Origin: Mizuhopecten yessoensis | Taxonomy: Eukaryota | Length of the DNA stretch: 64,000 nucleotides | Assembly: GCF_002113885.1 (NCBI RefSeq) | Contig: NW_018408869.1 | Span: 226,577-290,576 of the forward strand | Direction of reading: 5' to 3' | Shown here: in pieces, positions 26,101 through 38,500 of the stretch | Position numbering within the stretch: the stretch's first letter is position 1 | Layout of the letters: each line of letters starts with the position of its first letter | Translations under genes and position numbers: made by a program | The notes under the pieces: model-generated | What the model saw: only the letters and a program-made list of their open reading frames with translations | Database searches by the model: none | Told to the model about the DNA's origin: nothing

Positions 26101-29100
26101 NNNNNNNNNNNNNNNNNNNNNNNNNNNNNNNNNNNNNNNNNNNNNNNNNNNNNNNNNNNNNNNNNNNNNNNNNNNNNNNNNNNNNNNNNNNNNNNNNNNN
26201 NNNNNNNNNNAAGACCCAGATATGGTAGAATCAAACACTCTTCATAGATGGAAGGGTCTTAAGGTGCTCTACCAAAATTGTGAATTTCATTACCCTTGGG
26301 TATCACGTTTCCCCCTGGGGAGGGGGTAAACTTTACTATAGTTTATATAGGGAAATCACATTTTGGACCAACATTTGTTTAATTTCCATTGGAAGTAATT
26401 AAATTTAGGTTAGCATTATCAGAATTGGGTAGCAGTTTGATGGTATGCACATATGAGCCCTGCCTGACGCCCCCAGGGCTGATGGGAGGGGCCAAAAAGG
26501 GTTGAATTGACTGAAATTTCAAAAATCTTCTCAAAGACCCAGATATGGTAGAATCAAACACTCTTCATAGATGGAAGGGTCTTAAGGTTTTCTACCAAAA
26601 TTGTGAATTTCATGACCCTTGGGTATCATGTTTCCCCCTGGGGAGGGGGTAAACTTAACTATAGTTTATATTGGGAAATCACGTTTTGGACCAACATTTG
26701 TTTAATTTCTGATTGGAATTATAACCCTGAGTTGACAGTTTGATACTTTGAAAAGTTTGAGCCAGCCCTACCCCCAAGGGCTGTAGGGTGCCCCAAAAAA
26801 AACCTCTGGATCCGCCACTGGGTGGGGCTCAAAGGAGTCAGTGTGCTAAAATTTCTTCATTTTCCTTGTTTAGAATCAGAGGTGCTAGTTTCAAATACGT
26901 TTTAGTCTTAAATCTGTATGCTAGATATTAAATAAGGTGGTTTTATTGTTTTTTGTCACTGAATAATATTTCTGTTATTTCGTGTGACAAAATCAACTCT
27001 CTGTATAAAAATATCAGGTGACCGTTAAGGCCCATGGGCCTCTTGTTAGCTGTATATATGCAAGTTATGCTTTTAATAGGATTGGTTTTCCGCTGCTAGC
27101 AATAACAAATATTTGTTTTCCTGAAGAAGAAACACCTGCTGCCTTTTGCTGGAAATATATAGAATTTTATTATCAGTTAGAAAAGTCAATAACCATGTTG
27201 TTATCAAAGATAAAACTTTTAAAGTCATCTGAGAACTGATCAATAGCTACGTGTACCTTGTTTTTATAGATATAAAATTTGGTAATAATCCTCCAAGAAA
27301 AGCATCGAGGCCAAAAAAAACATTTTTTGCACCAAAACTAATATTGTTGTAAAAACAGGTTACTAAAATTTGTTGAGCTGGAGGAAATAACCATTTTTAA
27401 AAGTCAAAAAGAGATATTTGATTGGCCATGGTCTTTCTATAGAATAGGAGTGGGGAATTCCTGTTTTACAGACATTTTATAGTTGCATTATAATTTTCTC
27501 AACAGGTTATGAATTGTCTCCACATGCTGCAGCTAATTTCACACGGCGAAATTTAGCTGAGTACCTACGGAGTCGGGTGAGTGGTATATACTATAAATTA
27601 CACTTTATCTGTTAGATCTTTTTTTGTCTGATATATAATTTCCTAACAATATAACTATTTCTGATTGAAATTACTAATGTGAAGATAAAGAACTGATGAT
27701 TGTCTGTTAACATTTTCTGTGGAATTAGTTTATTTTGGGAACAAATGTTTTGATACGCCCTTCAAAAGATGGGACATACAAAAAACATGTCTTTACACAA
27801 TATAAATTAGCAGGCTGACACATGGGAGTGCACAGTAGTGTCTGCTTGATATCTGGAGTAATTTTCAACAGACCAATTTTCATTTCATGGGAAGGTTAAT
27901 TAAATACCAGAAGAGCTCATACTAATTCGATAACCACGTGCACCATTATCCAAATGTAATTAACTGAGTTATACCCCTTTAAAAAATTCCTGAAACAGTA
28001 ACCGCTAGAGATCTTGAGCATTTTTAACCCTTTCACCACTATGTAACTTTATTAGACTCTACCATGCATTGGCCTGGATGAGTCCATTATGGTCTACAGT
28101 GGTGAAAGTGTTAAATAAATTAACCTCAAACTTCATGGGAAGGTTGATTATTCCCTCGCAACGAATGTTTGAGGGGATATAGCATCGCTCCCATTCGTAC
28201 GTATGTATGTTACACTCTTCGCTCTACCGACTTCATTTCTCAACAGAATTTCATGAAACTTCATACAAGTGTTTGGTATGGAAATGCCTTGAACTAGTTT
28301 GCGTTTCAGGTTTTTATGTATAATGTTGAAGGTCAAGGTCAATATTACTATTCTAGAAAAAATAATTCTCATCGCTCTACCGACTTCATTTCTCAACAGA
28401 ATTTCATGAAACTTCAAACAAGTGTTTGGTATGACAATGCCTTGACAAGTTTGTGTTTCAGGTTTCAGTGTTGAAAGTCTTGGTCACTGTTACCATTTCT
28501 AGAAAAACTTTGTCATCGCTCTATCAACTTCATTCCTCAACATCCTCAGAAGTTCAGGTTTCTACATATTTGTTTAAGGTCAAGGTCACAGTTACTATTT
28601 TTAGAGAGAGAAAACTGTCATCGCTCTAGCGACTTCATTCCTCAACATGTGAATGTGAGGGGATTGGTATTACTTGTGATGCCTTGCTATCATAAGAGCT
28701 CGGACAATTTGATAAAAGCAATTATCTGACTCTAATTTACTGAGTAATGCCCCATTAATGAGTTACTGAAACAGTGTCAGCTCAATATGTCTAGTAATTT
28801 GGAACAAATTAACTTCAAACTTCATGGAAAAGTTAATTACCATAAATGCTTTGGAAAGTTCAATAACCACCATTTCCTGACGGAGTTTTGTCCCTTTAAA
28901 CAATTACTGAAACAGTGTACGCTCAATATCTCTAGTTATTTTCTAGATTAATTACCATAGAAGCTCAAAGGAGTTTGATAACCACTGTTATCCGGCCATA
29001 ATTTACTGAGTTATGCCCCTTTAACCAATTGCTGAACAGGTTCTTCTTCGATCCAAATCTAAGTAATTTTTGATGAGCATACATGTAATATTTGCTCACG

Positions 29101-30613
29101 TTAGATGATTTTTTTTAAATTTTGGAGTTCCAGCTGATTTCAATATGTTTGAGCATATATGTGTAAAGATACAGTTAGCATGTCCACATTTGATAATGTT
29201 GCCATCATATCCTTCCCACTATAGAACACATTCAGAACCATTCAGGATGAAAACCATTGTTGCCAAAACTAGTTTGTTTTCTGTGTTCAGTCCAGGTATA
29301 CAGTGAACCTGTTGATGGCTGGGTATGATAAGACGGAGGGACCATCTCTATACTACATGGATTATCTAGCATCCATGAACAAATGTCCATTTGCAGCCCA
29401 TGGCTATGGATCGTTCTTTTCACTCAGTATCCTAGACAGATACTACAGGGAAGGTATGTTGACAACTATAAGATGAAGAAATGATGATCATCCATTTGAG
29501 CCTTTTATACCACCACTTATGGCCGTATCATATAAAAATGTTGCCCCCATGCATATATGGATAAATATTTTATGTATAAAATCTTCATCCCTCCCATCAA
29601 ATATTCCATCCATTTACTAGTAACGGTCTTCTATTCAAAAAAATCTGAACCTTGAACTCTTGGGAAAGTTGTTTTATACTTTGTTTGGGCTGTATATAAA
29701 TTTGTGACTTTCAGACCTATCACAGGACGAGGCATTAGAGCTCCTGCAGAGATGTATAGATGAGGTAAGCCTAATAGAATCTCACATTACACTGTATACA
29801 CACATATAATCCAGACACACTTCATGGTGTCACTACCCAATGAGGAAGATTGTGATACGCCTTGAAAATCCTACTCAAGTATTGACTAGACCATCCTTAG
29901 GCAAAAAAAAATTGAGGTTGTATGAGCTAAGTTTGTGAGCCCCTCTGGGGGAAGTAGACAGTTAAACTCCTAATGATAATAACGTAAACTCGGCTTCAAC
30001 CCTGCACCTGGCTGTTTGACTGTGTGACCTAGCTATTGGATAAGGATTTCTTTAATGGATTCAATGATTCGGCCAGGCTATTCAGTAGTACAGGTATAAC
30101 ATATGCAGAAGGATTTCTTAAGATTTTGCGCTCTGGCTTGTTGATTTGAGACAGTCACAATACCGTTGGAAGCATTATTGTTACAATCACAGGAATACTT
30201 TCTTGAATAAGTGGTATGCACTAGCTTAGCAAATATTTTTGTGCCATTATGTGTGATTTTAATTTAAGTGGAACAGTTGATATTTTCAGTGTAAGATACA
30301 CTGGCTAGCAATACAATTAAAACAGCCTGTTACAGTCATTTGATACAAGTGTTTCTTATATTCTAACAGTTTATAAGTTAATGTAAAAGAAACAGAATTA
30401 TTTTTAAAATTTACACATTTTACATATCATACATCCAAAGCAGGAAAAGTGCTCAGTATGTTTATGAAATTTATGAATAACATTTTCAATAATTTACGTC
30501 CGCAGATAAGAAAGAGATTCATCATAAACCTGCCAGCATTTAAAGTGCGAGTTGTTAACAAAGACGGTGTCCAGGAACTGCCAATGTTAAAACCACAACC
30601 TGCGGAAATTTAA
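20160..30613 (+). CDS. PSMB2: Proteasome subunit beta type-2; exons 20160-20250, 23222-23344, 27506-27576, 29291-29453, 29715-29764, 30506-30613; 201 aa
   Basis: Translation [31 protein letters not shown]|[10 protein letters not shown]...[22 protein letters not shown]|[23 protein letters not shown]|[13 protein letters not shown]...[12 protein letters not shown]...[17 protein letters not shown]...|...[21 protein letters not shown]...EI*. All introns are GT-AG and the spliced CDS is 606 nt in frame. AATAAA at 30715 and ~30887. Confidence 0.97.
21520..21779. mobile_element. Fold-back (palindromic) MITE
   Basis: About 90-bp imperfect inverted arms (AATTCAGTTGTCAAAATTTTTGTGGAAAT.ACAAAATTGTATCACCTCCAT and its reverse complement). 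Confidence 0.65.
22317..22668. mobile_element. MITE with hAT-like termini and 6-bp TSD
   Basis: CAGGGGTGTAATT / AATTCCACCCCTG termini, with GGTTTC directly duplicated at 22311-22316 and 22669-22674. Confidence 0.75.
23581..25250 (+). repeat. Minisatellite, 33(-34)-bp unit, ~50 copies, PSMB2 intron 2
   Basis: Unit AAAACAATCATTGGACTGCTGTAACTAGTTTAG with variants arranged in higher-order blocks. Confidence 0.95.
25744..27047 (+). mobile_element. HINE-like element with ~325-bp internal tandem repeats, in PSMB2 intron 2
   Basis: TTTTTAGGTCACCTGAG..GAGTGACCT start, CGTC repeats, repeated AAGACCCAGATATGGTAGAATC block (~26007, 26211, ~26535), end CAGGTGACCGTTAAGGCCCATGGGCCTCTTGTT. Includes a gap. 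Confidence 0.8.
27740..29050 (+). repeat. Degenerate tandem-repeat element with a nested HINE-like insert (~28148-28690)
   Basis: Recurring ACTGAGTTAT.CCCCTTTAA / AACTTCATGG.AAGGTT units. The nested block TTATTCCCTCGCAACG..GAGGGGATATAG plus (GTAT)n carries repeats that also appear at ~63600-64000. Confidence 0.55.
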
Positions 30614-31160
30614 CATAGACCAAACCTTGATATGGGACAAAGTTCATTCATTATTCATGCTCGATCTTATCCGGTACCTGTATATCAGTGACTGAGGTGA
30701 GGTAGACATACTTCAATAAACCGAGCTCCGAGCCATCGATCTCTAAAAATGGAGCATGATCAATGGTTGCGATAATCATAGAAGAAAGTGTTAAGTGGAG
30801 CATTGTAAGAACAAGTGTTTCGTGTGGAGGACACATCAGTGTGATGCTATGTCAAAGTGCTCTAACATAAGATAAAAGATTTTATCAATAAATGGATACC
30901 ATTCTGTACATTAAAGTGCTGTCATCTTTATCACATAAATTTGTTTGTTATAAACATCAAAATTAATCTGTTCCCTTTATTATTTTTTGTTGTTTAAAAG
31001 CAACTTGCAAACGTAGTTTTTCCTCTTCTTGCATTTGAATATGGGAGACTGAATACACAATCAATGTTTTCTTTGGTTATTATTACAATGACATGGAATA
31101 ATGTAGGACAGTATGAGGAATGTTGTTTTCTAAACATGATATGACCTTGCAGGTTGAACT

Positions 31161-31511
31161 CGTCCTCGATACTCCAGGGGTTATGCTAATTTACTCCAGG
31201 AGTTACGCTCACTTTCGCTCTCTGCATCCCTGGATTATGTCATGGCAAAATGGAAGGCTCGGTACTAGTGTGCACCACCTGGTGGATGAGACAAGAAGAC
31301 TAGTTTGATCTCTCAAGTCACATAACAGTAACATTGAATGGGGTCGCTCCTCTGTAATATGACAAAAGACAGGTATCAACCCCACGATTGGTCAGTTGTT
31401 TTTTTACCAGAGACCAATCAAATACCTAGCTGCTTGCCTTCAATTTTGCTATAACATATCCCAGGGGTGCAGAGAGCGAAAGTGAGCATAACCCCTGGAG
31501 TAGGGAGGATG
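31161..31511. mobile_element. Long-TIR MITE with 9-bp TSD (Mutator-like)
   Basis: Imperfect TIRs of roughly 80-100 bp (…CTCACTTTCGCTCTCTGCA… / …TGCAGAGAGCGAAAGTGAG…). GGTTGAACT is duplicated at 31152-31160 and 31512-31520. Confidence 0.8.
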
Positions 31512-31810
31512 GGTTGAACTATGATATAGAATATCATATGAGGTTGATTCAATTGACAAAAGGGTATGTTAACCATATTATTTTCACAGTTATACACCTA
31601 TATTAGTTGTAAGGTGCATTAGATGGACATGTTTAAGAAGAATTGTCCAGTATTAGATGTACAATACCTATAAATAAACCCAAGCCCTATCAAAACAAGT
31701 TTATATATCACACATTTCTCTCATCCTGGTTGTGTGTGATAATCATACTTATATTTTGCAGAGATTTTGCAGCGAAAACCCATTTAAGTAGACAATTTTT
31801 TTGGATAGTT

Positions 31811-32282
31811 TTTAGCTCACCTGGTACTAAGTGCCAGTTAAGCTTATGGTATGGTGTGTTGTCCGTCAATTTTTTTCTATGAACGACTTCTTTTTAAGAA
31901 CTGGATGACCTAGGGCCATGTTTTTGGCCAGTAGGTACCTGGCATAAAGTGCTACAAACTTCTCAAATAAATGACCTTGACCAACATCACAAGGGTCAAA
32001 TGTGTTTAAAACCTTTAAACATCTTCTTCTGAATAACCAGGAGACCCAGAGTAATGATATTTGGCCAGTAGGCTTTCCTCAAATAAATTACCTTGAACTA
32101 CTTTCAAGGTCACAGGGGTCAAATATGTAAATATCTTGGAGGCCCTGGGTGATGATATTTTACCAGTAGCATGCTGGGATAGAGCAGTATAAAGTTTCAT
32201 TTAGTCTGGAACATTCTTAAACCAAGGAGACATGATTGCTCAAATATCCAGGTGAGCAATACAGGCCCTCTGAGCCTCTTGT
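31811..32282 (+). mobile_element. HINE-like element (short)
   Basis: TTTAGCTCACCTG start and CAGGTGAGC..AGGCCCTCTGAGCCTCTTG end. Confidence 0.65.
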
Positions 32283-32631
32283 ATTGAAGTAGCCTAGGCA
32301 TCGGTACACCAGTACACACCACTGAACATGTGCATGCAAATTACCCATTTACTTCAATAAATGGCACTTTAAAATAGGTAACAAATCTCTGAATTTTCAA
32401 AACACATGAATACAGTGTTGATTTTTGCTGTTGACCTATCCTGTTAATTTAAAAAGGCTGCAAGTCCAAACATGTTCATAGGGCTATGAATACTTTCGTT
32501 CAGCGTCATGTTGAAGCTTCTCCTCTAGTCTTCCTTATGAGATCATCATAGAAGCAACAGGAGTACCACAAGGTAGAATATACGTCTGTCCCGTGCCAAT
32601 CTTACATACTTATAATCCTTTTGATGCATTA

Positions 32632-34297
32632 TTAGCTCACCTGGTCCGAAGGACCAAGGTGAGCTTATGCCATACCGTTGCGTCCATCGTCCATCCGTCG
32701 GTCAACAATTTCTTTAAACGACTTCTTCTTCTTAACCACTAATTGGAATTCAACTAAATTTGACTGGAAGAATCCCTAGGTGGTTGGGATTCAAAATGGT
32801 GGGGCTGACGGGGGGCTGAAGGGCGGGGCCAAAACGGGTCAACTTGGCTATATTGCTTTAAGCGACTTCTTCTCTGGAACCAATAAGTGGATATCAACCA
32901 TATTTGACTGGAAGCATCCCTAGGTGGTGGGGATTCAAAATTGTAAAAATGGTGGGGCTGAGGGGCGGGGCAAAAAGGGGTCAATTTGGCTATACTGCTT
33001 TAAGCGACTTCTTCTCTGGAACTAGGAGATGGATATCAACCATATTTGTTTGGAAGCATCCCTAGGTGGTGGAAATTCAAAATTGTATAAATGGTTGAGC
33101 TGAACCCCCAGGGGGCTGAGGGGCGGGGCCAAAAGGGGGCAATTTGGCTATATTACTACAAACGACTTCTTCTGTAGAACTGTGCACTGGATATCAATCA
33201 TATTTGATCAAAAGCATTCTTGGGAGACGGGGATTCAAAAGTGTACAAATGGTTGGGCTGAGGGGTGGGGGCCAAAAATGGTATTCGGCTATATTGCTCT
33301 AAGCGACTTCATCTCTGGAACTAAGAGACAGATATCAACCATATTTGACTGGAATCATCCCTAGGTGGTGGGGATTCAAAATTGTACAATTGGTGGGGCT
33401 GAGGGCGGGGCCAAAAGGGGGCAATTTGGCTATATTGCTATAAATGACTTCTGTAGAACTATGTCATGGATATTGATCATATTTAGTCGGAAGCATTCAT
33501 GGGAGGCAGGGATTCAAAATTGTACAAATGGTGGGGCTGACCCCCCGGGCTAAGGGGTGGGGCCAAAAAAAGTGTATTACTTGGAAATGGTTGTGATCCC
33601 CACCATATAACCATGGTATACAATTGCTGAGTATAAAGAGAAGAATGCACATTTGCTTCCGGGATGGGTCTGGCCCCACCCTTGGAGACAGTCCCTGGGC
33701 CATAACTTTAAAACTGTTGAGATCCCCACCCCAAAACTATATATACAATTGTTGGGCTTAAAGAGACGAATGCAGTCATGATATTAGAATTGACCCCAGG
33801 GTCTGCCCTACCCTTGCAGACTTAACCCCTGGGTCATAACTTTAAAACGGTTGAGATCCCCACCCCAAAACTATATATACAATTGTTGGGCATAAAGAGA
33901 CGAATGCAGTCATGATATTAGAATTGACCCCAGGGTCTGCCCTACCCTTGCAGACTTAACCCCTGGGTCATAACTTTAAAACGGTTAAGATCCCCACCCC
34001 AAAACTATATATACAAATGCTGGGCAAAAAGAGACAAATGCCATCACAGTATTAGAATTGATCCTGGGGTCTGGCCAGAACCCTAGGGACCTAGTTTCTG
34101 AGTCACAGCTTGGAAACAGTTGAGATTCCCACCCCATAACCATACATGAAATTGTTGGGCATGAAAAATCTAATACAGATATGCTACTAGGATTGGCCTT
34201 TGGGTCTGGCATATTTCCTTGATCTCGTTTGGAGAATATTTTACCATGATTGCTTAGGTATCCAGGTGAGCGATACAGGCCCTTTGGGCCTCTTGTT
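32632..34297 (+). mobile_element. HINE-like element carrying two internal tandem arrays (~150-180 bp units, then 123-bp units)
   Basis: TTAGCTCACCTGGTCCGAAGGACCAAGGTGAGC start, CGTC microsatellite, repeats containing GGGGCGGGGCCAAAA, near-perfect 123-bp repeats at ~33710-34010, end CAGGTGAGCGATACAGGCCCTTTGGGCCTCTTGTT. Confidence 0.8.
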
Positions 34298-35504
34298 GTA
34301 TCTAAGTGATTAAAAATATGGAAATGTAAAGAGAAGAAACTACTATGGTACTCTATTACTCTGTAAAGTAGAAAACTATTCCTGTGATGTGTTGAAGGAA
34401 AGTTTAATAACTTAAGCTGAAGGAATGTATTTATTTCATATATTCTTCACAACCTTAAAATTAATTGATTTGCACATAGGCATGCTATTTTTCTTGCTGA
34501 TCTGAAATCAAAGATGGCTGCCCTAGCCTCTGGTTGGCCCAGACATTTTTGCCTTGGGATGATTGATTTTAACCTTTGTACAAATGTTCCTTATGTGGTC
34601 CTGATGAAGTATTGATACTTTTTCTGATAATCTTAAAACTCCATGGTGACAGCCCTGGTCACTGAACAGTCGAGACATTTCAAATTCTATACTATTCATA
34701 ATGTATACACCCTGAGGGGCCATTACCAACTTGTCAATTTGCTGCAGGAAGGAGCTATATGTCATATGTAGAGCTCATGTGCCTCATAATGGACATGACA
34801 AGTAGTGGACAATGGCTGCATCCGTGAAAAGAGCTGGAATTTGCTCAGTATTCCTTGGAAGTGCTGGATAAATACACTGAAGGCAATTAATGAGTACAAT
34901 TATAATCTACTCTATGAAAGACAGTTTAAATTCTTTATGTTTATATGAACCTCAACCCTGTTTAAAGAAAAAATATAAGAAAGTTATTTAAAATTGCTAG
35001 AATCTTGCCTAAAGACTCTGTATGAACAATGTTTATATGTTATGGAATTCAACTGAAAATCCTACAAGACTTTCAGTGTTATACATACCGGGTAGACATC
35101 ATTTTCATAATAAAATCTTCTTACAATACAACTCATAAATTGTTTAACCACTGATGATATACACAAACCAGAACAACACAAAAACATTAAATATTACAAT
35201 ATTTATTTCAAAAACTTAACAACCGTCATTCCCATTATCATCGATGTACCTTAAACGCATCAATATTAAATTTATTTTCAGAAGAGTGAGGGCTGACATT
35301 TTCTGTAACTATCTCGTAGATTCTTTTAACCTTTTATCTTTAATTTGATATCAGGATAGTGTCGGTAACATTTCACAGTTTAGCATCAATAAAGGTAACA
35401 GTTTTCCTTCCTGTGAGAGACGACTCTGTTAACAAAGGAGGATGTACATTTGTTTTGACACTGTCTCCGCTGTTGGTCTCACAAACACCTGCTGTTGCCA
35501 ACAG

Positions 35505-38500
35505 TTATGTTATTGCCTTGCTAACATTTGAGTACCCAACTCCTACACACGTCATAATCACTTTTTCTCCACCAAGCTGTAAATCATCGTCGTCATCATC
35601 TTTTTTCGGTTCTTGCTCAACTTTAAACATGACTTGAAGGAAATCTCTTATGTGACGCAAAAACTGTATCCTGAAACAGACATTATCGTACATATCATCA
35701 ATAATTAACTAATGTTAATTGATAAACTCTACAAGGAAATCTCCATAAATCTGTGCTTCATGGCACATTTTTATCATTAGTGAGTACAGTAGCTTTGATA
35801 TAGAATAAAATTTATGTGCAAAATGGGTCTTTTTAATGAGGAAATTTAACAATATCTTTACAATTAATATACATATTTAGACACAGTTGTGCCTGTTCAA
35901 CAAAAGAGCGTAAAATAATAAATTAGAATTTAAAAGAAATTACTTTCAATATGTCTCAAAGGATTTAAGATACAATGAAAAAGCCACGGCAAGGTTATAA
36001 AAAACATCTGGACCTAATTCCGAATTAAATGTCATCTGTCTTAGTTATATACATGTATGTGCCCCTTTATATACATGTATGTGAACATGTGTACCTTCAT
36101 GAAATCATGAATTTTTAATTTGGACTGAAACTGTTCCAAAGGGTTAGGGGCTTGACAACATATTTTCAATTAACTGTAACACAATCACAAACTACTTCCT
36201 ACTTGCTAACACTGAAACAATACAACATACCTCCTAATGACTTACACTTAAACAATACAACATACCTCCTAATGACTTACATAGAAACAATACAACATAC
36301 CTCCTAATAACTTACACTGAAACAATACAACATACCTCCTAATGACTTACACTTAAACAATACAACATACCTCCTAATGACTTACATAGAAACAATACAA
36401 CATACCTCCTAATAACTTACACTGAAACAATACAACATACCTCCTAATGACTTACACTTAAACAATACAACATACCTCCTAATGACTTACACTTAAACAA
36501 TACAACATACCTCCTAATGACTTACACTTAAACAATACAACATACCTCCTAATGACTTACATTGAAACAATACAACATACCTCCTAATGACTAACACTTA
36601 AACAATACAACATACCTCCTAATGACGTACATTGAAAAAATACAACATACCTCCTAATGACTTACACTTAAACAATACAACATACCTCCTTATGACTTAC
36701 ATAGAAACAATACAACATACCTCCTAATGACTAATAAAAATCAATATTTTGGACAGAATGAACTTCAGGTGGAGCCATGAGAACTTACTTGTACCAAGTC
36801 TTTACTCCAACCAAGAAAGAGATGATGGTTACCAAGGGGGTACTTACGTATACTGAGAGAGTGTCCCCAATTGAACCTTGGACACATCCTGTTGTCCTAG
36901 CACCATGAATAATGCAGTCAGGCTCTGATTGGTCGAGTCCACACAACCTCCCTACAGCCAAGCAGTATATGTAAGAACTGACATCATTGGTGGTTATAAA
37001 AAAACTTATTTCCTTCAGAATGGTTCAATAAAAAACTTACCAGTAAAATGCATCATACAACTACTTTACACTTCTTTTGTTTCACAATACATTTACTAAT
37101 TTATTTTATTTAATTTCCGACGACAATAGATGGCAAACTCCAAAAACTTACATAATATAGGTCTTTATCAATGATTATTAGAAGCAAATCCAAGGAACTA
37201 GTTTTTCCATTATGATACACTGCAGTGTAAGAACTTTTAACATTGCATCTTGGGTCATGTTCATGGGACCTTTCCTTCCATACTTAGAGGCCTATAGTGA
37301 AACAGTTGATTTAAAATAACAAGAGATTCACCATACTCACCCTGTAAATTTCCTCCAGTAGTAGCTTGGCAGTGTCTTTCCCAAGGTCCTCTGGTATTGT
37401 TGGACCCTTGGTAGAACCCTTGGGATTAGATGCGGCTTCTGCACACAAAAATGACCCCTGGAGGGTCTCTGCAACAAGAGTCAGTCCAAACCCTGGAGAC
37501 CTTGAACATAGAACATGAGGATATATAGTTAGAACATTTAATCAAATTGACGGGACAGTCAATAAACGCTGAGATTATCAGGGTAAGTTACCAATTAATA
37601 AATAATAATCAATTCATGATGATCACTATTTCTCAAATGATCAATGATTGATCATGGATCGATCATAAAATGAAAAGGAAATAAATTGAGAAGCATTCAC
37701 AAAAATGGGTAACATGTGGTGGCTCCTTATCAAATACCAGAAATGTTGTTTAAGGGAAGTTTACTGTAAAAGTTGTGGATAAAATTGCTTGTTTAATCAG
37801 TTTTCAATTCTGCTCCAAATCTCAATAACTCTTTAAAGTGTTCATGCTTTAGTCATATCAGGATCAATAATAGAACATCAGGTTTGATTGGTCATAGTCG
37901 GAGGTAAACTGACTAATTGATTAAATTGATGAATTGAAACAACACTAATTAATATTATGGATATTCTTACACATGGACAATAAAACCATATTATACTGCC
38001 ACTGATTGTCAACACTTACTTTCCTGACTGACTGCCTTTGAAGTGGTCGGTGTATATGTAAATATCTGGGAGGAATTTGTTGAGAATACTGCGAGCGGAG
38101 TCCACTATCCTATTAGTGGTCACTGGTGACACTCGCACTGCCCAGCTTATAGAGGTCAAGGGTCAAAATATACGGTCAAGATTGAGCAATAAAGATAGCT
38201 TACACTCAAGACAGAAAATGACAGATTACCAGTGTTTTCACAGGCTGTCATGAAAACTATTGCAAGCACATAGACAAAATTGTGTCACCACAGTTCAGTT
38301 CTATGGTTGTAGACATCATTAGATGTGCCACATAAATTTAATGAACTTTAAAAAAGTTTGAGAAAGATGTTGGCTGGTTGCAAAGGCCCTTGTGGACCGT
38401 TTTGAGATGACCTACAAACTAGGCTGTGATATAGCGGTATACAAGAACCTCCAATTATTATTATTAATTAAAAGTGTTAATAATTACACAGTGTAAGTGT

